From: Nitrososphaerota archaeon
GTDB taxonomy: Archaea > Thermoproteota > Nitrososphaeria > Nitrososphaerales > UBA57
Assembly: GCA_002713205.1 (NCBI GenBank)
Contig: PAVW01000009.1
Span: forward strand, 34,417 to 66,416
DNA: 32,000 nt
Reading direction: 5' to 3'
Shown: in pieces, positions 24,822 to 32,000 of the stretch
How the letters are laid out: each line of letters begins with the position of its first letter
Position numbering within the stretch: the first letter of the stretch is position 1
Notes under the pieces: model-generated
Database searches by the model: none
What the model saw: only the letters and a program-made list of their open reading frames with translations
Told to the model about the DNA's origin: nothing
Program-made: the position numbers and the translations under genes

Positions 24822-27188
24822 ATGTCTAAACCAATTATTCAAGAGGTCGATTCATTTGTTCGTATGCCTAACGCTAAGAATAAAGAATTTTGGAACAATA
24901 AACGTATTGAACATCTTCGTGAATTAGCATTAACCGGCCGTTCTGCATATTTGTGGGAAGATCACTCTGATAGCTTTAGAATTTTAGATCGTTTAGCTTT
25001 TTCTAACATCGATCCTTTAGAATCGAATAAAAACTTTCTTTCTAATAGAGATGATGTATCTTTAATTAATGAAATATCGTCTTTGACAACTTTAGCATAT
25101 GGTAGAATTAAGCTCAGCGCCCCGCTTTATTTAGGTGATATGTCTTTTGGTGCACTTAGTGGAATTCCAAATATTGCATTAGCGCGTGCTTCTGACGCAA
25201 CTGGAGTTATTAATGGTACTGGTGAAGGTGGCTTACATCCTGATGTCGCTGCTTGTAAACAAATAACTGTTCAATGGGCTTCTGGAAGATTTGGAGTTGA
25301 TATTGACGTTCTTAAAACTGGACAAGGAATTGTAATCAAAGTCGGCCAAGGTGCAAAACCTGGTATTGGTGGACACTTGCCCGGTTCAAAAGTTACCGGC
25401 CCAATTTCTCGCGCTCGTAGAATACCTGTTGGCAAAGATGCCGTATCTCCCGCTCCTCATCATGATATTTATTCTATTGAAGATTTAGGTCAACGTATTT
25501 GGGCTCTGAAGGAAGCTACTGGAAAACCTGTATTTGTTAAAGTTGGTTGCACTAATTATGTTCCATATATAGCTTCCGGAATTGCTAGTATGGGTGCTGA
25601 TGGCATAATTATTGATGGGGCAGGTGCAGGTACTGGTGCGGCTCCTGCTGTGGTAAGAGATAATGTAGGTTTGCCTATTGATCTTGCAGTTTCATGGGTA
25701 GATAGAATTCTTACTCAACAGAACCTACGACAAGGGTTTTCTGTTATTGCAGCTGGTACTGTTAGCAATGCAGAAGACACTGCTAAATTACTTGCTTTAG
25801 GCGCTGATTGTGTTAGTACTGGAACTGCCACATTAGTTGGTCTAGGCTGTCTTATGGTTCATAAATGTCATATTGGTTTCTGTCCCGCGCTTCTTACAAA
25901 CAAACTCGTAGACAACCCTACAAAAGTTCTTTCACTTGATAAATCAGTTGAATGGACTTCTAATTTAATTTATGGTTGGATAGAAGAATTTAAGTGGATT
26001 TTGAAAGAACTTAATCTTAAATCAGCTTCTGAACTTGTTGGACGCAGAGATCTACTTCGTGGACATAATATGAATGATGAAACTGGTGCTGTTTTAGGCG
26101 TTAAGATAGATAATTCAGAAAAAACCTTAATTGGTAAATCTCCTTCACAATCTTTTGTACAAGATGATAATTATTGGACTAGTATATTGCAATCTGAACT
26201 TCGTGAACTGTCTGGTAGTGCAGGAAGATCCCCTGGCGAAGCTGTAATTACAAGTATGGGTTCTATTTCTGCACCGTTTGTTGATACTCCTCGTTCTGTT
26301 TGTGATTGGTTAAGAGTTGATGGAGCACAAGTAACACGGCCTAGTATTGATCCGTATAGAGAAGAAATTGAGACTTGTTCTTATTTGGCATCTGGTCAAA
26401 TTCGTCTATCATCTCCTATATTCTTTGGACGACTCTTTGAGAAAGGTATTATTCGTGATATATTTTCAGAAGTTGCTTATTCTTTAGGACTGTTATTTGA
26501 TTCTCAAAATTTATCACTTCAAAATAACACTTTTAATAGTTCTTTAATTATTGATCATTCTGAATTTATTAATAATCCGACTTCTAATATTTCTTCAATA
26601 ACAATAAATTATAATGAAATAGATTTACTTGACCAATTAATTGAGACTAATGTTCCTGTTTTCGTTCGATTGCCATCAAAAGAAAAAATTATTGATAATG
26701 TAAAATCTTTACTTGATAATAATATTTCTGGGTTTATTATAGATTGGGATATGAATAATGATGAAACTACTATTGATCTTGCCATTATTACTTCAGAAAT
26801 TGACAAGCTTTTAAGAAATACGCAAATTGACAATACTCCAGCTCGAAGTAAACTCAACTTGTTAGTGGAAGGTAGTAGAGTACGTGGCGCTGCAGATATA
26901 TTCAAACTTATTGGACTTGGTGCTGATGCTGTTGGTATAAGCAAGTCTGCATTAATATCTTTAAATTACGATCCTGATAAAAATGACAAGTTTGATCGTG
27001 ATAAAGCACATGAAAAACTTGAATATTTCATTCTTGGTTTACAAAAGGAATTAAAACTTCTTGCTGGGGCTGCAGGAATAAGTTCAATTCAAAATTCATT
27101 AACAGGGAATCGAGAATTATTTCGTTCACTTGATCTTGATCCTGAAATTAGACAACGATTGGATATTAAACCTGGTGGCGCGCCATGA
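24822..27188 (+). CDS. Glutamate synthase large-subunit FMN-binding domain protein (GltB domain 2-like) with a C-terminal degenerate second barrel
   Basis: The signature VGQGAKPGIGGHLPGSKV (25343-25385 region) with SPAPHHDIYSIEDL. A 3Fe-4S-type motif C-x5-C-x4-C-P (GCLMVHKCHIGFCP, ~25845-25890). I trimmed the start from the ORF-track 24681 to ATG 24822, because the upstream 47 codons are antisense to the regulator gene. Confidence 0.8.
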   Translation: MSKPIIQEVDSFVRMPNAKNKEFWNNKRIEHLRELALTGRSAYLWEDHSDSFRILDRLAFSNIDPLESNKNFLSNRDDVSLINEISSLTTLAYGRIKLSAPLYLGDMSFGALSGIPNIALARASDATGVINGTGEGGLHPDVAACKQITVQWASGRFGVDIDVLKTGQGIVIKVGQGAKPGIGGHLPGSKVTGPISRARRIPVGKDAVSPAPHHDIYSIEDLGQRIWALKEATGKPVFVKVGCTNYVPYIASGIASMGADGIIIDGAGAGTGAAPAVVRDNVGLPIDLAVSWVDRILTQQNLRQGFSVIAAGTVSNAEDTAKLLALGADCVSTGTATLVGLGCLMVHKCHIGFCPALLTNKLVDNPTKVLSLDKSVEWTSNLIYGWIEEFKWILKELNLKSASELVGRRDLLRGHNMNDETGAVLGVKIDNSEKTLIGKSPSQSFVQDDNYWTSILQSELRELSGSAGRSPGEAVITSMGSISAPFVDTPRSVCDWLRVDGAQVTRPSIDPYREEIETCSYLASGQIRLSSPIFFGRLFEKGIIRDIFSEVAYSLGLLFDSQNLSLQNNTFNSSLIIDHSEFINNPTSNISSITINYNEIDLLDQLIETNVPVFVRLPSKEKIIDNVKSLLDNNISGFIIDWDMNNDETTIDLAIITSEIDKLLRNTQIDNTPARSKLNLLVEGSRVRGAADIFKLIGLGADAVGISKSALISLNYDPDKNDKFDRDKAHEKLEYFILGLQKELKLLAGAAGISSIQNSLTGNRELFRSLDLDPEIRQRLDIKPGGAP

Positions 27189-29362
27189 ATAAATTTAAAA
27201 TTATAAGTAAAGATGATTGTGGTGTTTTTGCTGTTCTTCGAAAAAAGAATAGTAATAAGATTCCTAGTTCTATTGCTATTGATGGTATTGAATGTGTTAG
27301 ATTTCGTGGAAGTAAATATGGCGCAGGTTTTGCTTGTTTTGATCTAAATAATAGCTCTCCTAATGATTATTATTTACAGGCATTTGTAGCAAACAAAAAC
27401 ATAGCTAATGAAATTAAAAATATTTTACATGATTCTAATATTATTATAAAACAAGAGAATTTTAGAAATATATCTGCCATTCAATTACCTTTGAGTTATA
27501 ATCTTATTGTAAGTACTACTAATTCTTTACATTTTGCTAGAACAATTCATGATATTAATAATAAATTCTCTCAGCCTGAATACAGTGCTCGGGTTTATTC
27601 TTCAGGAAATTATCTCGAAGTGTACAAAGATATTGGTTATCCTTTGGACGTGGCTCATTCAACCGGCTTAGTTACTAATGATTCAAATACCATTGTTACT
27701 AAATTAAAAAATCTCTTTGGGTATTCACAGAAAGAAAAAATGGGTGATTTATGGCTTGCTCATACTAGACAACCTACTAATTCTCCTGGTTCGTCAGCTA
27801 TTTGGTCTCATCCGTTTTCATTTTTTAATACAGCTATAGTTCATAATGGCGATATTAGCTCTTTTGGCGCTAACATAAATTTTCTTAATTCTCGTGGCGT
27901 TCCTAATTTAGTTGGTACTGATAGTGAAGTCGTTTCTTTTATTGTAGATTATCTTGCTCGTGTAATGAATCTCTCAATGGAAGAAATAGGTATAATCTTA
28001 TCGAATCCTTATGATCGTTTTCTTTATCGAATGGGTGCCGATAAATCAAGACAGATTCGTAATTTGTTATATAAATATCGAGGCTCTCAACTAGATGGCC
28101 CATTTACTATACTTACAGGTTATTCTGACGGTGAAGATGTATATCTTTTATCTATGATTGATAGATCGAAATTTAGACCAATTGTAATTGGCGAGGATCA
28201 AAATTATATTTATATGGCTAGTGAAGAATGCCAGATAAGATCATTATCGCCTGATTCAACTATTTGGACTCCTGAACCGGGAAAATTTGTTTTAGCTTCT
28301 ATGAATCGTGGAATAATTGAATCTGGTCGAACATCGGAAATAATAGTTAATTCTGCATCTAAAAACGAATTAATTCAAATTCAAAAAACTACATATTCGT
28401 CTAAGAATCTGATTAATGCTGATGATTTGTCTTCTTATGAATTAAATCGACAAATCAAAATTAAATTACCTGATAATGAAAAATCGATTACTTTGATAAA
28501 TGTACGAGGCCAAAGATATTTAGGTGTTGATTTACCGAAAGGAACTAAACTTAATATTTATGGCACTGCTGGAAATTGCTTGGCTAATTTTAACAAAGGA
28601 ACTGAAATATGTGTATATGGCAGCGCAGAAGATAATGTCGCTGATACTATGCACGAAGGGAAAATTATCATTCACGGCGATTCAAGAGATGTTTTAGGAT
28701 ATGCATTGCAAGGTGGAAAAATATTTGTTAAAGGAAATGTAGGTAATCGTGCTTTCATTTTAATGCGTGAATATGAAGAAAGTAGGCCCGTTGTAATTGT
28801 TGGTGGACGAGCAGATGATTATTTTGGTGAATATATGGCTGGTGGTCTTGCAATGGTATTAGGAATTGATTATATTGATTCTGCAAACGATGAACAATTA
28901 GTTGGTAATTTTCTTGCTACAGGTATGTTGAGAGGTTCTATTTACATTCGCGGAAAAATTAATTCAGATTCGATTGGACTTAAACCTCCAATGGAAGATA
29001 TTATTCGATATCTAGAATATCTAAATTCTAAAGGTATTATTACTGACGATCTATTCAAAAAAATTTCTTCTTCATCTGATATTAATTTGGAAATTTTACA
29101 AGAATTATTACCAGAAAATGCTTTTCATTTTATCAAAAAATTATTCTTAAGCAAATACAGTGTTAAACTCAATATCGAATATAGAAAATTGAATGATTTT
29201 GATCGTAAGATGATTGAACCTCATCTTAAAGAATTTGTTTCCTGTTTTAATTTATCTGATGAAATTCATAATAAACTTATTAATTCACATTATACTGTTA
29301 TTAGTTCTATTGACAAATCAAAAGAATTACATTCTCCTACAGTTACTGAAATTGAGGAATGA
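27185..29362 (+). CDS. Fusion of class II (Ntn) glutamine amidotransferase domain and GXGXG domain (GltB domains 1 and 3-like) plus unknown C-terminal tail
   Basis: GATase motifs DDCGVFAV (Cys12, 27218-27220), AHTRQPTNS, VHNGDISSF and GTDSEV. The GXGXG beta-helix repeats are GQRYLGVDL...IYGTAGNCLANF...VYGSAEDNVADTM...IHGDSRDVLGYAL...VKGNVGNRA...GEYMAGGLAMVLG (~28510-28870). ATG overlaps the upstream TGA (ATGA). Confidence 0.8.
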   Translation: MNKFKIISKDDCGVFAVLRKKNSNKIPSSIAIDGIECVRFRGSKYGAGFACFDLNNSSPNDYYLQAFVANKNIANEIKNILHDSNIIIKQENFRNISAIQLPLSYNLIVSTTNSLHFARTIHDINNKFSQPEYSARVYSSGNYLEVYKDIGYPLDVAHSTGLVTNDSNTIVTKLKNLFGYSQKEKMGDLWLAHTRQPTNSPGSSAIWSHPFSFFNTAIVHNGDISSFGANINFLNSRGVPNLVGTDSEVVSFIVDYLARVMNLSMEEIGIILSNPYDRFLYRMGADKSRQIRNLLYKYRGSQLDGPFTILTGYSDGEDVYLLSMIDRSKFRPIVIGEDQNYIYMASEECQIRSLSPDSTIWTPEPGKFVLASMNRGIIESGRTSEIIVNSASKNELIQIQKTTYSSKNLINADDLSSYELNRQIKIKLPDNEKSITLINVRGQRYLGVDLPKGTKLNIYGTAGNCLANFNKGTEICVYGSAEDNVADTMHEGKIIIHGDSRDVLGYALQGGKIFVKGNVGNRAFILMREYEESRPVVIVGGRADDYFGEYMAGGLAMVLGIDYIDSANDEQLVGNFLATGMLRGSIYIRGKINSDSIGLKPPMEDIIRYLEYLNSKGIITDDLFKKISSSSDINLEILQELLPENAFHFIKKLFLSKYSVKLNIEYRKLNDFDRKMIEPHLKEFVSCFNLSDEIHNKLINSHYTVISSIDKSKELHSPTVTEIEE

Positions 29363-29363
29363 T

Positions 29364-29723
29364 TTACTCTTCATTCTTTAATTTATCTGATAATGAAGTT
29401 ATTTTTCCATCTTTAGAGACAGAAATTGATGTAGATACTGAAAAATTAAGTCCTAAATTTCGGAATATTGAAAGCAATTCTCCACCGGAAATTAAATTCT
29501 GAATCTTTCCTTGTTTAATTAATTCTGATAATTTCTTAATTACAGCTTTTGTTTCATTAGGATAGGCTTTTTCTGCAATATCTAATACTTCTTCTCCTCT
29601 ATCTATTAATTTTGATTTTAGTATTGTTTTAGGATTTTTGTCATCGTGTTGTTTTTCAATTTTATTCATTATTTCATTTAGTTTTTTTCGCTTTAATTTT
29701 TCTAGTTCTTTATCTTTTTCCAT
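29364..29723 (-). CDS. PDCD5/TFAR19-like DNA-binding protein
   Basis: A charged N-terminal helix (KELEKLKRKKLNEIMNKIEKQ), then ILKSKLIDRGEEVLDIAEKAYPNETKAVIKKLSELIKQGKIQNLISGGELLSIF. This parallels the archaeal PDCD5-like layout. The call rests on pattern recognition only. Confidence 0.45.
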   Translation of the reverse strand: MEKDKELEKLKRKKLNEIMNKIEKQHDDKNPKTILKSKLIDRGEEVLDIAEKAYPNETKAVIKKLSELIKQGKIQNLISGGELLSIFRNLGLNFSVSTSISVSKDGKITSLSDKLKNEE

Positions 29724-29816
29724 TTATTTTCAATATCCTTTTACTTTAATAATTATATTGATTATTCCTTTATTCAATATATATTTAAATGCATAATTAG
29801 GTAATAAAACAAGTAT

Positions 29817-30767
29817 TTGAATATTAATAAAAAAATTCTTGTATGTGATAAAATTGAACCTGAGGGCATAGAATTATTAAAAAATGCAGGTTTTGATTTA
29901 ATTGAAAATCCAACTATTACTCATGAAGAATTAATTAGTATAATTAAGAATGTATCTGTTGTTATTGTGCGTAGTCGTACAAAAATTACTAAAGATGTAT
30001 TGAATTCTGCCGAATCACTCAAATTAATTGGACGACCTGGTACTGGTGTAGATAATATAGATTTATCTACAGCTACTGAAAAAAATATTGACGTTATTAC
30101 GTCTGTTGAAGCATCAACTAATGCTGTTGCGGAATTGACTATTTCTTTGGCTGTGAGTTTAGCTCGTTCAATTCCTATGGCTGATGCCGCTTTAAAAAAT
30201 GATTTATGGTTAAAGAATTCTTTATTGGGAACTGAATTGCGCGGAAAAACTTTTGGTATTATAGGAATGGGTAGAATAGGTCGTAGAACTGCTCAACTCG
30301 CAATAGCATTGGAAATGAATGTAATTGCCTTTGAAAAAGAAATTATTGATAATGAATTTCTTATGAAATATGAAATTAAACAAGTCGAGCTTGAAGAATT
30401 ACTATATAAATCTGATTTTGTTAGTCTTCATCTTCCATCAACTCCAGCAACTATTCATATGATGGGAAGGAAACAGTTTGATATGATGAAAAATAGTGCT
30501 TATTTAATTAATACGGCTAGAGGACAATTAATCATTGAATCTGATTTATATCAATCTTTAGTCAATAATAAGATAGCAGGAGCTGCTCTTGACGTATTTT
30601 CTAAGGAACCTCCTTATGGAAATAAATTAATTAAATTAGATAATGTTATAGCTACTCCGCATATTGGTGCACAAATTGTTGAAGCTCAAAAAGAAGCTTC
30701 TATTGTCATTGCTCAAAAAATAATCAAATTTTTTGATGATAATAAACATGATGGGTTAAGGAATTGA
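29817..30767 (+). CDS. D-isomer-specific 2-hydroxyacid dehydrogenase, probable short-form D-3-phosphoglycerate dehydrogenase
   Basis: NAD-binding GIIGMGRIGRRTAQLA, catalytic-region INTARGQLI, and ATPHIGA (His). There is no ACT domain. A TTG start is required to include the conserved KILVCD N-terminus. Confidence 0.75.
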   Translation: MNINKKILVCDKIEPEGIELLKNAGFDLIENPTITHEELISIIKNVSVVIVRSRTKITKDVLNSAESLKLIGRPGTGVDNIDLSTATEKNIDVITSVEASTNAVAELTISLAVSLARSIPMADAALKNDLWLKNSLLGTELRGKTFGIIGMGRIGRRTAQLAIALEMNVIAFEKEIIDNEFLMKYEIKQVELEELLYKSDFVSLHLPSTPATIHMMGRKQFDMMKNSAYLINTARGQLIIESDLYQSLVNNKIAGAALDVFSKEPPYGNKLIKLDNVIATPHIGAQIVEAQKEASIVIAQKIIKFFDDNKHDGLRN

Positions 30768-30768
30768 G

Positions 30769-31605
30769 TTGGGCGAATTAGAAATTGCAATTCCATCTAA
30801 TATACTAGAAGATTGTCAGTCTCTTTCAGCTAAATCACAAAAATTATCATTAATTGCCAGATCTGCTTCAATTTTTCAAATAAATAAGATTTATATTTAT
30901 AAAGTTAAACGTAGAGACGATAGTCGATTTATTTCCCTATTGCTTAATTATTTAGTTACTCCACAATATTTACGAAAAAAATTATTTCCTATATCAAATG
31001 CTTTAAAATTTGCTGGAGCATTACCGCCTTTAAAAATACCATCACATTTAGTTTCAAAAGATCTATCGTCTTTTACAAATTTACAACCACGTCAAGGATT
31101 AATTTTAAACTATAATCAAAAAACTAATTCGTCAATTATAGATCTTGGTTTAAATAAATTTGGAGTATTGAATGGAAAATTTCTTATTGGTGATATTATC
31201 ACTGTAATACCTTCTACCTCGAGACCAAATAAATTTATATCCGTAAAACAATCTAAACCAAATAAATATTGGGGTTACAAAGTTGACATTATAAATTCTT
31301 TTTCTGTTCTTTCTAAAAACAAAAATTTCAATTTAAAAATAATTACTACTAAATCTGGTAAAAATATTCAACATATGTCTGATTCATTATTTGATTATAC
31401 TACTAAAAAAACTCGAATGAAAATACTCATTATATTTGGATCTCCTAGTAGTGGAGTTCTTGAAATTATAAAAAATGAAAAAATACTTGTTAATTTTAAT
31501 GATTTTTTCTTAATTAATTTATTTCCTGATCAGGGTGTTGAAACTGTTCGTAGCGAAGAGGCTATTTTAGGTACATTATCGATAATTAATATGATGTTTA
31601 AATAA
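30769..31605 (+). CDS. SPOUT-superfamily putative RNA methyltransferase (DUF171/COG2106-like)
   Basis: N-terminus LEIAIPSNILEDCQSLSAKSQKLSLIARSASIFQINKIYIY and C-terminus LIIFGSPSSG...FPDQGVETVRSEEAILGTLSII match the DUF171 pattern. The TTG start lies 1 nt after the upstream stop. Confidence 0.6.
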   Translation: MGELEIAIPSNILEDCQSLSAKSQKLSLIARSASIFQINKIYIYKVKRRDDSRFISLLLNYLVTPQYLRKKLFPISNALKFAGALPPLKIPSHLVSKDLSSFTNLQPRQGLILNYNQKTNSSIIDLGLNKFGVLNGKFLIGDIITVIPSTSRPNKFISVKQSKPNKYWGYKVDIINSFSVLSKNKNFNLKIITTKSGKNIQHMSDSLFDYTTKKTRMKILIIFGSPSSGVLEIIKNEKILVNFNDFFLINLFPDQGVETVRSEEAILGTLSIINMMFK

Positions 31606-31639
31606 TTATAGCATTGTGATAGAGCGAATGATTAACTTT

Positions 31640-31873
31640 TTATAATGTTTCTGCAAATAAATCTAATCTTTTTCTTCCTAAATAAAATCCAATTATTGAA
31701 AATATAATTGTAAATATTATTAATCTAATATTAAAAAAAAACTGAAAATCATCTAAATATAATATATATATAATTCCTGTTATCATTATCATTGAAATTA
31801 TCGTTGAAATAGAATCAATTATTTTGATTTTCTTTTCAATATTCTGTTTATTTGAATTATTCACAAATTTCAA
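31640..31873 (-). CDS. Hypothetical small membrane protein (two predicted TM helices)
   Basis: ORF with two hydrophobic stretches (IISMIMITGIIYILYL and LIIFTIIFSIIGFYLG). No recognisable family. Confidence 0.3.
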   Translation of the reverse strand: MKFVNNSNKQNIEKKIKIIDSISTIISMIMITGIIYILYLDDFQFFFNIRLIIFTIIFSIIGFYLGRKRLDLFAETL

Positions 31874-32000
31874 TTTTTATAACTTCACCAGCTGATAAAT
31901 TATATAGGGATTCAAGGCCATTTATTATTTTTCCAATTAAAGTCATTCGATTTTGTATTTCTACGTCTTTTAAAAAAATACAAATTGAATTATTTGTTGG
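31857..32000 (-). CDS. 3' end of an unidentified CDS running off the right edge (47 codons + stop)
   Basis: Manual minus-strand translation in an open frame from 32000: PTNNSICIFLKDVEIQNRMTLIGKIINGLESLYNLSAGEVIKIEICE, stop at 31859-31857. It weakly resembles a cyclophilin-type PPIase C-terminus, which I cannot verify. Confidence 0.3.
   Translation of the reverse strand, partial: PTNNSICIFLKDVEIQNRMTLIGKIINGLESLYNLSAGEVIKIEICE

Noticed and set aside
10271-26944. Other short overlapping ORFs: 10271-10504, 10505-10687, 12058-12240, 13047-13316, 14461-14733, 15066-15254, 17220-17522, 18896-19108, 21252-21488 and 26609-26944.
   Set aside because: Each is antisense to or nested in a confidently identified gene (hjc, ribL, dph5, rfcS, gins, mcm, hel308, archease, gltB-like). 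None has a recognisable motif.
1-32000. Scan for CRISPR repeats, long tandem or direct repeats, transposase or integrase genes, toxin-antitoxin pairs and defence-island signatures.
   Set aside because: None was seen. The gene content is uninterrupted core housekeeping with tight spacing, and nothing suggests an integrated element.

Overview
AT-rich archaeal chromosomal window. Gene content suggests a TACK/Thaumarchaeota-like organism, but that is inference only. It is tightly packed with core information-processing genes. I found no rRNA, CRISPR array, transposase, integrase or obvious defence locus.

Gene order:
- + strand: ligT (5'-partial), cca, a small RIO/Bud32-like kinase, and an interrupted tRNA.
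- - strand block of ten genes: ECF transporter module ecfT-ecfA-ecfA', then the archaeal exosome superoperon (prefoldin beta, Pcc1-like, L37Ae, Rrp42, Rrp41, Rrp4, SBDS).
- Two interrupted tRNAs on the - strand.
- Nitrilase-family hydrolase, Hjc-like resolvase, wHTH-riboflavin kinase, wHTH-RibL-like FAD synthase, diphthine synthase, and another interrupted tRNA.
- Replisome cluster: rfcS divergent from gins23-like-mcm-hel308 plus an AsnB-like gene.
- Archease-rtcB, DUF167, PAC2-family protein, an Lrp-like regulator divergent from a two-gene glutamate-synthase-like module, PDCD5-like protein, 2-hydroxyacid/3-PG dehydrogenase, DUF171 SPOUT methyltransferase, small membrane ORF, and a partial ORF at the right edge.

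Most of the window is ordinary housekeeping. Items worth a second look:
1. All four tRNA genes are broken by 2-3 short insertions at non-canonical positions. One of them has a T-loop that cannot be restored to canonical form.
2. The glutamate-synthase-like pair is rearranged. One gene carries the FMN barrel plus a degenerate second barrel. The other fuses a GATase (with an 11-residue N-terminal leader) to a GXGXG domain and an unknown tail.
3. An AsnB-like PP-loop protein lacks the N-terminal Cys nucleophile and is start/stop-overlapped with hel308.
4. Both flavin-cofactor enzymes carry N-terminal wHTH-like domains.
5. The Hjc-like protein has Q where the catalytic E is expected.
6. Diphthine synthase has a C-terminal helical extension.
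7. A CxxC...CxxC mini-ORF below the ORF-track size cutoff lies just downstream of rfcS.

All homology calls come from motif recognition by eye. No database search was run.
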